A stretch of 64,000 nucleotides of DNA from an uncultured Coprobacillus sp. (GCA_964389905.1 CAYMGD010000002.1:2843-66842), one strand, 5' to 3'. Positions 1 to 9,991 are shown, numbered from the stretch's first letter. Notes: generated from the sequence alone by a model not told the origin. A program made the numbers and translations.

Positions 1-2818
1 CAGCTGATGTTTTGCCTGTTAAAATAAAGTGTTTATATTTTTTTTCGTTAAACTTTGGAGTTAACAAATCAAAAGCTGATGTAAACTGACTAAATATTAT
101 TACTTTGTGATCATTTGCGAGATATTCTTCTAATAAATCCATCAACAAATCAAACTTCGCTGAAGAGCCCTTATAATTCTCTACAAATAATTCTGGATGA
201 ACACAAATTTGTCTTAATCTTGTTAAACAAGACAAAATCTCAATTTTTGATGAATTAGGATTAACAAGTATTTCTCTAGTTTCTCTTAGTTTAGCTTCAT
301 ATATCAATCTTTGATCACTTTCCATTGAAGCAATTTGAATTGTTTCAATCTTATCAGGCAAATCTTTTAAAACTTCTTTTTTTGTTCTTCGCAAAACGAA
401 AGGTGATATTTTTCTTATTAATTGTTCTACTACTTCTTCAGCATTACCACTAACTACTGCTTCTTCATATTTTGATCTGAATGAACTATAATCACCCAAA
501 TATTCTGGCATTAAGAAGTCAAATATACTCCATAAGTCTACTACACTATTTTCAATTGGAGTACCCGTTAAAACAAATCTGTGAGATGATTTAATCTTCT
601 TCACTGATTTTGCTTTTAAAGTATTATGATTCTTTATACTTTGAGCTTCATCTAAAACTAAGAAATTAAATTTCTTACTCTTATATAGATCTATATCATT
701 TCTTAAACTATCATATGACGAAACATAAATGGTCTTTTCTTTGTTTTTAATTCCTTCAATAATTTGCTTACGCTCATTTACGCCGCCTATTACATTAATG
801 ACTTGTATATCTTTAGCCCATAACGAAAACTCATTTTTCCAATTATAACATAAACTCTTAGGACAAACAATTAAACTTGGCGAATTTGTTTTGTCAGACA
901 TAATAACAGATATTACCTCAAGAGTTTTTCCCAGCCCCATATCATCAGCTAATACTCCGCAGAAATTATGTTTTATCAGTGTTTTCATCCACTTATAGGC
1001 ATCCACCTGATATCCTCTCATTATTTCTTTTAGGCTTTCAGGGACAGCAACCTTTAATTCTTTAAAGTTTACAATTTCTTGAATTAGATTTTTTAAACTT
1101 TCATCTAATGTGTAATCTACAATGTCAATATCGTCTACCATTTTTAGGGATTGATATAATGGAACACTTTGACTTTCGTTCAATTTCTTTGCATCAAGTT
1201 TAAAAGTTTCTATTGTATTAAGAAGTTTATTAGCATCTTTTTCGTCTACTTCAATTATTGTATCTTTGCTTAGTTTAATAAATCGCATCTTTTTCTTTAA
1301 ATTAGTAATAATGCGATATAATTCTTCATCAGTAAAACCACTTTCCTCAAAACAAATATCTAACATCCCTGTTTTGTATGACATATGCGCTGAAACAGGT
1401 TTCATTTTACTTGTTTTTACTTCTGTTAGATTTTCTGACAAATAAATATCTGATAATTTTTTTAGTTCGCTTAAATCAGTTCGCAAGAAATTATATACTA
1501 AATTAGGTTCTTCGATACAATTATTTTTAAATCCTAAATTAGCGATATAAGATAAATACCTATTTATCTTGTATGGATATTTGTTTAACTTTTCCAAAGA
1601 GATTTCCTTGCTTCCCTTCTTATATTTACTATCCAATAAAAGTATTCCATCTTTATAGTCAAAATATGAAGATATTTGATATTCTTCAGTTTTTATATCA
1701 TTTTTTATACTTTCGTCTATTTCAATTTCTTCAGCAAAACGTGGATAAATTGATTTTTCAAATACATCTTTGATATATGCAAAAGAAATACCTTTTTGTT
1801 CAGTTATTGTATTAATTAGTTTACGATATGCAGGGTCTTTATTCTCCAGTTCAAATATTTCTTTCCCACAGATAACAAAATCTTTGGAATAACCTTCAAT
1901 TAATCCTTTTACACCTTTCAAGTTTAAAATATGATTTTTATCTAAATATAGCTTAGGAGATAACATTTTATCAGAAACAAAATATTTACAATCGTCTGAA
2001 AAGTTTTCAACATATATAAAACGATTCTTGAATAGTTCCAAAAGCCTTTCTGCTTTAATAGGTGCTAAATCAACTTCTTTTTTGGAATTGTATTCTGAAA
2101 AACTAAAAGCTGCTAAAAATGTAACTATTTCACGTGAAAAATCATCAAAAGCTTCTAATGAATGAACAAAAGAAAACTTCTTGCCATAAGAAACTAAACT
2201 ATTCTCACGAACTGCAGAAACAAAATCACGTACATTTTGTACTACATATTTCTTTTCATCACCGACTCTAATTGAAAGATTAACTGAATCTTCTTGATAT
2301 TTTCGATGTTCAAAATTTATTCGACAATCAATTGACATTTTTTTGTTTTGTACAAGTGTGTCATATTTATCGATATCACCAAGAAAAGATTTCAATTTTT
2401 CCATGCTTTCTTTTCGCTTAACTTTATATTCCTCAATGCGAATCTCTTCTTCAATTTTTTCAAATTTTTTATTTAATTCTTCAACATTTTGTTCTATTTC
2501 TAAACTCTCATAATAGCGAACAAGAGCAAAGAAATGCTTGCATGTCTTAGAATAACGATCAGCTAAACATTTATGATCTAATATATTATCATTTTCATCA
2601 ACGATTATTGTCATAAATGGATTTTCATTTATTGAATATTTCAAAATGAAACTATATCTTAATACTCGTTGTAACTCATCTCCTCTTTTATAGATAAGGC
2701 AATCGTACTCGATACGAAATAACTCACCAAATCCTTCTTCAAAAAGAGTTCGACCATTTTCTTCACAATTACTTACATGATAATTTATAGGAATCTTATT
2801 ATATTCTAATTGGTACAT
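1..2818 (-). CDS. SNF2-family (Swi2/Snf2; YwqA/RapA-like) DNA-dependent ATPase, about 940 N-terminal codons; the 3' end runs off the window
   Basis: Missing from the ORF track only because no stop codon lies inside the window. Hand translation of the minus strand from ATG 2818 is open to base 1 (MYQLEYNKIPINY...). The GGTGGA RBS at 2823-2828 overlaps the stop of the upstream gene. The translation contains a SWIM-like CKHFFAL element near the N-terminus and SNF2 motifs LADDMGLGKT (I, encoded near 930-960), VLDEAQSIKN (II) and LTGTPIEN (III). Confidence 0.85.
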   Translation of the reverse strand, partial: MYQLEYNKIPINYHVSNCEENGRTLFEEGFGELFRIEYDCLIYKRGDELQRVLRYSFILKYSINENPFMTIIVDENDNILDHKCLADRYSKTCKHFFALVRYYESLEIEQNVEELNKKFEKIEEEIRIEEYKVKRKESMEKLKSFLGDIDKYDTLVQNKKMSIDCRINFEHRKYQEDSVNLSIRVGDEKKYVVQNVRDFVSAVRENSLVSYGKKFSFVHSLEAFDDFSREIVTFLAAFSFSEYNSKKEVDLAPIKAERLLELFKNRFIYVENFSDDCKYFVSDKMLSPKLYLDKNHILNLKGVKGLIEGYSKDFVICGKEIFELENKDPAYRKLINTITEQKGISFAYIKDVFEKSIYPRFAEEIEIDESIKNDIKTEEYQISSYFDYKDGILLLDSKYKKGSKEISLEKLNKYPYKINRYLSYIANLGFKNNCIEEPNLVYNFLRTDLSELKKLSDIYLSENLTEVKTSKMKPVSAHMSYKTGMLDICFEESGFTDEELYRIITNLKKKMRFIKLSKDTIIEVDEKDANKLLNTIETFKLDAKKLNESQSVPLYQSLKMVDDIDIVDYTLDESLKNLIQEIVNFKELKVAVPESLKEIMRGYQVDAYKWMKTLIKHNFCGVLADDMGLGKTLEVISVIMSDKTNSPSLIVCPKSLCYNWKNEFSLWAKDIQVINVIGGVNERKQIIEGIKNKEKTIYVSSYDSLRNDIDLYKSKKFNFLVLDEAQSIKNHNTLKAKSVKKIKSSHRFVLTGTPIENSVVDLWSIFDFLMPEYLGDYSSFRSKYEEAVVSGNAEEVVEQLIRKISPFVLRRTKKEVLKDLPDKIETIQIASMESDQRLIYEAKLRETREILVNPNSSKIEILSCLTRLRQICVHPELFVENYKGSSAKFDLLMDLLEEYLANDHKVIIFSQFTSAFDLLTPKFNEKKYKHFILTGKTSA

Positions 2819-2827
2819 TTTTTCCAC

Positions 2828-4261
2828 CTATATATTTAATTCTGATTCAAAACATTCGTATTTATATCTATCATCATAAGGTATATATTCTTCAAAGATA
2901 TACTTCAAAAACATCTCAACATAATATCCACCAAATTTGTAAGAATTTATCATTCGTAAATACTTTATGACATCTTTTACGCTTCTACTTCTTACATAAG
3001 TGTAAATTTTTTTTTCAAAATAAGGAATAAAAGCTTCTTTGTAATTTTCAAACAAAGTACGTGAGTATTTCATAACCTCTGAAAAGCCCATACAAGAAGC
3101 TTCATCCAATAGGTTTTCATAATCAGCTATCGCCTCATATATCTCACATCTTTCGGTTATACTATAATTACTTATTAATGCGTTAAGCATAGATTTATCC
3201 TTAATTAAATTCTTTTTATATAAAATCTTTAATATATTTAAAGATGGTCCTGATTTTATTATTTCATTAGCAGTTTTCTCATTAGGTTTTGCATTAATTA
3301 AAGCTTCATAATACAATTCTCTAATTTCCTCATCTTTATCATTATGATAAATATTTATGATATCATCATACATTTTATTTTTCATTTGAACATTCATATA
3401 TTTCATTTTTATTCTTTTTATATGAATATTACATAAACAAATATCTTTAAACTCTTCATTTTTCTCATGCAAAAGCAAATAATCTAATTTTGCTATTAAT
3501 GCTACTTCGTAGCCTTCTTCAAGTTTTAATTCTTTAACTATATCAATAAGGAAGTTTAAAACGTCAATGTAATCTTCTTCTGCACTATTATTAGCAAGTC
3601 CATTTATTACTTTTATTAATACGTCTTTTGAAGCAATATAAGAAAAACCATTTATATTATAATCCCAAGAAAAATTTCTCATAGAATTTATTAAATCAAA
3701 TATTTTTTTATAATAATTAAGCTTTAATGGTTTATTATTAATTGATGCCAACATTACAATAGCTTTATAATACAAATCAGATTCGGACTTTTGACTAATT
3801 ATTTTACTAAGCATCTTTTCAGCATTACATTCGAAATCATCAGCCAAAGAATCTATTAAAAGATAGCGTGGTCCAATAATTCGTGATAAATAATTATATA
3901 ATTCTTCAGCATTCATATTAACTATATCATAGCTCATATCATCAACGCTACACAATTCATCTAATTTTTCACAATTTTCTTTCAAGTATAGAATTGATGG
4001 AATATAATGCTCACAAACTCCCCTATCTCGGCAGGAACATTCAAATTTTAAAATATTATTTTGTAAAAAGAGTATAGAGTATTCATTTTTATCAAAAACA
4101 ACAATAATTTTTTCTTTTTTAGGTGAGAAAAAATATTTAATATGATTTGCTTTGTAATAATTATGTCCTCTTGCAATATCCCTTATATAGAACTTGTTTT
4201 CAAGATTAAATCTACTAATTTTAGTTGCTAAGTTTGTTTTATATTCCATTTTATCCCTCAC
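2828..4261 (-). CDS. SWIM zinc-finger domain protein, otherwise uncharacterised
   Basis: 477-aa ORF. CSCRDRGVCEH fits the CxCx(n)CxH SWIM signature. The rest is K/N/I/Y-rich helical sequence with no motif I recognise. There is a 9-nt gap to the SNF2 gene, so the two are probably translationally coupled. Confidence 0.7.
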   Translation of the reverse strand: MRDKMEYKTNLATKISRFNLENKFYIRDIARGHNYYKANHIKYFFSPKKEKIIVVFDKNEYSILFLQNNILKFECSCRDRGVCEHYIPSILYLKENCEKLDELCSVDDMSYDIVNMNAEELYNYLSRIIGPRYLLIDSLADDFECNAEKMLSKIISQKSESDLYYKAIVMLASINNKPLKLNYYKKIFDLINSMRNFSWDYNINGFSYIASKDVLIKVINGLANNSAEEDYIDVLNFLIDIVKELKLEEGYEVALIAKLDYLLLHEKNEEFKDICLCNIHIKRIKMKYMNVQMKNKMYDDIINIYHNDKDEEIRELYYEALINAKPNEKTANEIIKSGPSLNILKILYKKNLIKDKSMLNALISNYSITERCEIYEAIADYENLLDEASCMGFSEVMKYSRTLFENYKEAFIPYFEKKIYTYVRSRSVKDVIKYLRMINSYKFGGYYVEMFLKYIFEEYIPYDDRYKYECFESELNI

Positions 4262-4319
4262 ATTGTCTTATAATTATACTATATAAATTAGTAAATAACA
4301 ATGATTTTTTTTGGGGTTT

Positions 4320-5378
4320 TTAATTATATGTTATTTTCTTTACCATTTGAAAAAGGTATTTAGCATTCTTAATTTTGTAATATTTTATAAATTCATTATA
4401 TCTTTCATTTATTTTTTCAAACATCACCTTTTTTGTCATTTTTGAAACAAAAAAGAAATATTTTTTCATTTCATCAGTGATTTTAAGACAATCACTTTTG
4501 ATATATGTATGATTTTTAATTTGGTAATAAAACAATGAATGTTTTAAAATTGCTTTTATTTTCCTTTCACAAACTACCAACTTCAAAGAATTAACAATAT
4601 CTTCTAGCTTAAATGTATTGCGATAACTTTCGCATATCATATGTACGAGATATATTTCTTCTTTATTAGCATATTCTTTTGCATATGTTGAGACAAATCC
4701 AAAATATTTTTCTTGATATTTTGGCTTTAAACAGAACATATCTTCATTTTTGAAAAAGTATACATACATTATATTTTGAGCCTTTAAGTGTTCATTATAA
4801 ATTTGATAATACCTTTTTTCAAATTCATTAATGTTTTGAAATCCTTGTGAGAATTCTTTATTGTAAAGAAAACATATTTTATATTCGACACTTACATATC
4901 CTTTTGCATAAAAGTGTTGATATTTCTCATACTCTTTATTTATTCTATTGATTATTATGTCCTCACTTACTTCCATGTTGGTGCTACTAATATTATCTTT
5001 TAATGTACATATCAACTTTTTATATTGCTCAAGTGTAAGATATTTATTATAACTTTTTACAATATATTCATCTGATGGTATATCTTTCGAAGTATAAATA
5101 TCATACATTTCATTGTATTTTACACCAAAAATATGATTTTTCTTTACAAGATACTCTATAACTAAATAGTATTTAGGAAAAAATTTCTTTAAATCTTCTT
5201 CAGTAAAAAAACCATCTCTAATTGATAGAATATACTTGATGATGTATCTTCCATCATATGAATCAAAAAAGATTTGAAATGCGCTTAATACTTCTTCATA
5301 TCCTTTCTTTATTTTCTTATATGTCGCATCTATAATTTTTGTAATTATATTATTTTTTGTATTCTTTATCTTTAACAT
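4320..5378 (-). CDS. hypothetical protein (352 aa), member of the SNF2/SWIM operon
   Basis: Long uninterrupted ORF, co-directional and closely spaced with its neighbours. No recognisable motif. Confidence 0.6.
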   Translation of the reverse strand: MLKIKNTKNNIITKIIDATYKKIKKGYEEVLSAFQIFFDSYDGRYIIKYILSIRDGFFTEEDLKKFFPKYYLVIEYLVKKNHIFGVKYNEMYDIYTSKDIPSDEYIVKSYNKYLTLEQYKKLICTLKDNISSTNMEVSEDIIINRINKEYEKYQHFYAKGYVSVEYKICFLYNKEFSQGFQNINEFEKRYYQIYNEHLKAQNIMYVYFFKNEDMFCLKPKYQEKYFGFVSTYAKEYANKEEIYLVHMICESYRNTFKLEDIVNSLKLVVCERKIKAILKHSLFYYQIKNHTYIKSDCLKITDEMKKYFFFVSKMTKKVMFEKINERYNEFIKYYKIKNAKYLFQMVKKITYN

Positions 5379-5470
5379 AAAAATAATGTTATTATTCTTC
5401 TCAACATGATCATTTATATATTTTTCAATTATGAAATCTGATACACTATTATTTTCATTTAAAAGTGGTA

Positions 5471-6247
5471 TTAGTCCATATAATTCTGAATATTCTTTAT
5501 TATATTTTTTTCATTGAGATATCTTTTTAATTCTCCGATTCTTTTTATATTATATTTGTTTAAATAATTTTTATAGTTATCATTTAACCAAACATTTAAA
5601 TATAAAGAATTATTATTGTTGTTTATCATTTTAATAAAATCATTATATTCTATAAACATATTAAAATTTATTTTTCCAATAATATCTAAGAATATTAAAT
5701 CCTTATATATATTTTTGTTTAACCTAAATACTTTTATAATATTTTTATATATGTCTTTCGTTACATCTTCATTTTCAGATAACTTCTTTAAATAAGATTT
5801 AAGTATTCTATCATATGTATGTTTACCCTCTTTAATTGTTGTAATGTTCTCCCATATACTTGTAATTCTCTCTTCAAAAAGAGATGTTTCGTTTTCTTCA
5901 TCTCCGAATAAATCGTCAATGCATTTTTCGTGTTTTTCTGTTATTGTGTTTTCCCTTCTAAAAGCAATATATTTTGTTATTAAATAAGATTTTTCTGGAT
6001 TGTTTCTTATTATTCTTATCACATCACTAATTGTAAAATAATTATCGTCTAATATCATATTATCATTAATATAATTTATTACTACTTCTTCATCTTTAAA
6101 TATTTCTTTAACTTTCATTTCTTTGATTCCTTCCTTAATATCTACTATTATAATTTGTTTACCAAAAATAATCAATTTAACATAATCACAAAATGTTACA
6201 TTTTTTATAAATTTTCTGGGCTTTTTCTTTTTATTTCTGGTTATCAA
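5471..6247 (-). CDS. hypothetical protein with a possible RNA-polymerase alpha-CTD-like helix-hairpin-helix at the C-terminus
   Basis: The ORF-track start at 6247 has no RBS. The internal ATG at 6118 (MKVKEIF...) is preceded by AAGGAAGGA, so 5471..6118 is the more likely CDS. The C-terminal LNDNYKNYLNKYNIKRIGELKRYL loosely fits the L..R..N.L...gI.tigdL pattern of RpoA CTD; this is tentative. Confidence 0.55.
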   Translation of the reverse strand: MITRNKKKKPRKFIKNVTFCDYVKLIIFGKQIIIVDIKEGIKEMKVKEIFKDEEVVINYINDNMILDDNYFTISDVIRIIRNNPEKSYLITKYIAFRRENTITEKHEKCIDDLFGDEENETSLFEERITSIWENITTIKEGKHTYDRILKSYLKKLSENEDVTKDIYKNIIKVFRLNKNIYKDLIFLDIIGKINFNMFIEYNDFIKMINNNNNSLYLNVWLNDNYKNYLNKYNIKRIGELKRYLNEKNIIKNIQNYMD

Positions 6248-6307
6248 GTTTTTTTAAGAAAAAAACACCCTTTTTTTGATTTAAAAGAATGTTTTTTGAA
6301 AATGTTT

Positions 6308-8608
6308 TCAATCATTGAATATTATTTTATCATTGTCATATGTTGCATAATTACTTAATAATCCATTAGGTACTGTACTTAACAATTTCTTATCTCTTAT
6401 CAGTTTTTGTACTTCATATTTGTTTGCTTCTTTTTCATGAAAGTTTTCACGAACAACATTATATATTAATTCTTGATATGATTTAAGTTCTTTTGTAATA
6501 GCATATTTAGACGTTAAATAGTTATTAATGCCTAAAGAATTAACAACATAATATATCTTTGAATAATTTTCAATATAAGATGATAAAGAATAACTATTCA
6601 TATAACATTTTTCGCCATTAACATAATAAAATAACCCTTTAGAAAGTTTTTCCAAATCATTTTCTAATGCATAATCATTATTTTGGAAATACTCTCTAAA
6701 TCTTTTCTTGATTTGATATTTATTAATATCATCAATTGATATATTCTCAAGTAATGCCATTCTATCAACAGCCATTCTAAATACATTTATTCTATTATTT
6801 TTCACTTGATAAATCAAAGAAAAATCTTTAGTTGAGGAAATTAAGCCTATTTCTTTTTGAGCTTTTTCAATATCTATTATTCCATCGTTTTTAGCAAAAT
6901 AATCTAATATAATTTTTTTGAAAGTTATAGCATAATTATACTTTTTGTCTTGAATATATGGAACATAGAAATTATATATATCAGAATAATAGTATCGGCA
7001 AATGCCATATAGCATTATAGCATCTTTTATGTTCATACGATTCCACTCATCTTGATATTTATTATATAATGTTTCTCTATGAATATATAGATTAATCATT
7101 TCATATTCTAATTTAAACTTTATACGATTTAAATTATCTTCTGATATTTTTATTTTTGTTGCGATTGTATATTTATTATTGACATTGATTATTGAGATAT
7201 CATCTCGAACTATTGATTGAACAGAAGCTAATGAAATGTCTAATTTCTCCACAAGTTCGTTAATATCACACATGTCGTGTTTGTCAATGTAACTATGTAC
7301 TAGTTCATTTAAAGTATATTCTTTAAGCTCTAATTTTCGAACGCCCATCTTTTTGAAGTAATACTCATCTTGTAAATAATATTTTAATAGTCCATATAGT
7401 TTATATTTATCAGTAATTTCTGTTTCTTTTAGACTTTCAAATAATAACTTATATAAATCATCTAATAACATATAGCTATTATTTTCAAATACACGTTTAA
7501 ATTCACTAATAATATTTTGCAGTTTTACTTCTTTAATGTGAACATTATCAATGTGTATTCGTTTTTGTTTTCCCCAAATAATTAGTTCTGGATTAAGTTC
7601 ATCAATTTTGGCATTTGCGGAAAGGAGTTTAAATTCATAATCATACTTTTCTTGCATTTTTTTAGAAAGTTGTTTTAACCCTTCATCATCAATTATTATT
7701 CCTTTAGGATAATTTTCTTTGATAAAATTTGACATTATTGAATTTGTTGAGAAGGTTCCAGGCTTTAAAGCAAGATTACCCTTGAAAATGTATTTTTGGT
7801 TGTTGAGAAAGTTTTTGTATATTGTAAATGTAAAATCAAGAACATTATGTTTATATATTAAAGTATCATTAATTTTACTATATCTCTCAAAGTAATTAAA
7901 GTAGTCATTTAAATCTATTAAATTGATGATTGTATTTAGTGTTCCTTTTTTTTCAATATTTATAAAAGATGAGAATTCTTCTGAATAAATTGCAAATAAA
8001 TATTTATTTTTTTTGAGAAGAATTAGATTAATAACTTCAATGACTTGTTTGTCATTTATGAAATTAAATATATCTTCAATATTATAAAATAATATATTTT
8101 TATACACCCCATTCTTGAATCCTATATTTAGATATGTTTCAAGAAATATTAGTATTTCGTTAGATGAATTATTCTCTATTTGTCTAATTCGTTCACGACT
8201 GAGGTTTTTCGATGAACCTATTTTTTCGAGTTTCTCACCTCTTGCACGTCGTATTAAGACATCATATCCAGGATTTTCTTTTATGATTCTTTCAAGGTTA
8301 TTTTTTAAATATTCATATCCTTTACAGATAACAAGAATATATTTTTCAAATAAAGTTTGGTAATTCTTTTTAATTTTATTTGATAACTCATCAATTTGAT
8401 AATATTTTAAATCTTTTAAATATTTCAACTTCTTTTCTATTGGCAGAAATATAGTTGGAATAGGTTCTTTTTCAAATATTTCATCAACAAAACTTATATT
8501 TCTACTATTAATGTTTTTTGTAACATCTTCTTCTTTTTCGATAAGCAAATCAAATAAATTGGAAATATTTTTATCATTCATAAAACTATTTTTGTCTCCT
8601 ATTATCAT
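6308..8608 (-). CDS. large (about 760 aa) uncharacterised protein with a sigma-70 region-4.2-like HTH
   Basis: DVLIRRARGEKLEKIGSSKNLSRERIRQIENN closely matches the sigma-70 region 4 consensus (..TLeEIG...gvSRERVRQIE..). No region 2 is seen. ATG 8608 overlaps the predicted -10 box. ATG 8581 (MNDKNISN...), downstream of AGGAGA at 8595-8600, is the more likely start. Confidence 0.7.
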   Translation of the reverse strand: MIIGDKNSFMNDKNISNLFDLLIEKEEDVTKNINSRNISFVDEIFEKEPIPTIFLPIEKKLKYLKDLKYYQIDELSNKIKKNYQTLFEKYILVICKGYEYLKNNLERIIKENPGYDVLIRRARGEKLEKIGSSKNLSRERIRQIENNSSNEILIFLETYLNIGFKNGVYKNILFYNIEDIFNFINDKQVIEVINLILLKKNKYLFAIYSEEFSSFINIEKKGTLNTIINLIDLNDYFNYFERYSKINDTLIYKHNVLDFTFTIYKNFLNNQKYIFKGNLALKPGTFSTNSIMSNFIKENYPKGIIIDDEGLKQLSKKMQEKYDYEFKLLSANAKIDELNPELIIWGKQKRIHIDNVHIKEVKLQNIISEFKRVFENNSYMLLDDLYKLLFESLKETEITDKYKLYGLLKYYLQDEYYFKKMGVRKLELKEYTLNELVHSYIDKHDMCDINELVEKLDISLASVQSIVRDDISIINVNNKYTIATKIKISEDNLNRIKFKLEYEMINLYIHRETLYNKYQDEWNRMNIKDAIMLYGICRYYYSDIYNFYVPYIQDKKYNYAITFKKIILDYFAKNDGIIDIEKAQKEIGLISSTKDFSLIYQVKNNRINVFRMAVDRMALLENISIDDINKYQIKKRFREYFQNNDYALENDLEKLSKGLFYYVNGEKCYMNSYSLSSYIENYSKIYYVVNSLGINNYLTSKYAITKELKSYQELIYNVVRENFHEKEANKYEVQKLIRDKKLLSTVPNGLLSNYATYDNDKIIFND

Positions 8609-8635
8609 TATATCACTTTTTTTGTTTTAATGCAA
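8607..8635 (-). promoter_or_regulatory. sigma-A-type promoter for the five-gene SNF2/SWIM operon
   Basis: On the minus strand: TTGCAT (8630-8635), a 17-nt spacer, then TATAAT (8607-8612). It lies directly after the frr terminator. Confidence 0.5.
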
Positions 8636-8644
8636 ATTTCGAGT

Positions 8645-8677
8645 ATTTAAAAACTGTAAACATATCGTCTACAGTTT
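8645..8677 (-). terminator. rho-independent terminator after frr
   Basis: The 8-bp stem AAACTGTA / TACAGTTT (8651-8658 and 8670-8677) runs into TTTTTAAAT on the minus strand. Confidence 0.55.
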
Positions 8678-8686
8678 AATAAAATA

Positions 8687-9244
8687 TTATATTTCCATAA
8701 CTTGTTTTTCTTTGGCTTTAACTAATTCTTCAGCTTTAGCAATATATTTATCAGTTGTTTTTTGAACTTCATCATTGTAATTAGATAGTTCATCTTCTGA
8801 TATTTCATGGTTCTTTTCTAATTTCTTTAAAGCTTCATTGCAATCTCTACGAATGTTTCTACAAGCAACTTTTGCATCTTCGCCTAATTTCTTGACATCT
8901 TTGCATAATTCTTTACGTCTTGCTTCTGTTAAAGCAGGGAAATTAATTCTTATAACAACACCATCGCTTTGAGGTACCAAGTTTAAATCTGCTAATTGAA
9001 TTGCTTTTTCGACTTCTCGTAATTGTGATTTATCGAATGGTTTAATTACGATTTGTTGTGCTTCAGGAACACTTATTGTTGACATTTGGTTAATTGGAGT
9101 TGGAACACCATAATAATTAACTCTAACATCATTAAGTACTGCAGGGTTAGCTCTACCTGTACGAATTAGACCTAATTCTTTTTTCAAAGACTCAATAGTC
9201 TTTTCCATTTTTTCTTCGCCTGTTAAAATAATTGTTTCTGGCAT
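8687..9244 (-). CDS. frr: ribosome recycling factor
   Basis: 185 aa with RRF-like sequence along its full length (LIRTGRANPAVLNDV...). Sits in the conserved rpsB-tsf-pyrH-frr order. Confidence 0.95.
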   Translation of the reverse strand: MPETIILTGEEKMEKTIESLKKELGLIRTGRANPAVLNDVRVNYYGVPTPINQMSTISVPEAQQIVIKPFDKSQLREVEKAIQLADLNLVPQSDGVVIRINFPALTEARRKELCKDVKKLGEDAKVACRNIRRDCNEALKKLEKNHEISEDELSNYNDEVQKTTDKYIAKAEELVKAKEKQVMEI

Positions 9245-9271
9245 AAATAATTTTCCTTTCTAATTTTTTAT

Positions 9272-9991
9272 TTATTTGTTTTTATTACTAATTAATGTAC
9301 CAAAAGAAAAATCTTTGGCAGCTTTAGCAATATTACCTTTTTTGTTCATATCAAAGACATAAACATCAATGTTATTTTCAGCACATAAGGCAGCTGCTGT
9401 CATATCCATTACTTGCAACTTTTCTTGGACAACATCTTGATGAGAAAGTTTAGTATATTTTTTAGCATCCTTATGTTTTCTTGGATCTTTATCGTAAACA
9501 CCATCAACACCATTTTTAGCCATTAGAATTAGACTAGCATTTAGTTCGGCGGCTCTCAATACAGCTGTTGTATCGGTTGAGAAGAATGGAATACCATTTC
9601 CTCCTCCGAAGATAATTACTCTATCTTTTTCTAAATGTGAAAGAGCTTTACGATAATTATATGCTTCAGCAACTTGAGGAATGTTAAGTGAAGTCATCAC
9701 CCTTGTATCAACACCTACTGATTCAAGAGCGTTTTGAAGAGCAAGGGCATTCAAAATTGTAGCAAGCATTCCCATATAATCGGCACTTGAACGATTCATT
9801 CCATAATCAATTGCATCACGACCACGGAAGATATTTCCTGCCCCAACAACAACAGAAAGGAAAATACCTCCTTCTTCGTATAAATCTTTAATTTCTTTGG
9901 CTATTTCTAATACTTTGGCATAGTTGATTCCTATTCCATTATCACCAGCTAATGCTTCGCCACTAATTTTTAATATTATTCCTTTTTTCAT
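9272..9991 (-). CDS. pyrH: UMP kinase
   Basis: 239 aa. LKISGEAL and GAGNIFRG motifs, plus synteny. Confidence 0.95.
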   Translation of the reverse strand: MKKGIILKISGEALAGDNGIGINYAKVLEIAKEIKDLYEEGGIFLSVVVGAGNIFRGRDAIDYGMNRSSADYMGMLATILNALALQNALESVGVDTRVMTSLNIPQVAEAYNYRKALSHLEKDRVIIFGGGNGIPFFSTDTTAVLRAAELNASLILMAKNGVDGVYDKDPRKHKDAKKYTKLSHQDVVQEKLQVMDMTAAALCAENNIDVYVFDMNKKGNIAKAAKDFSFGTLISNKNK

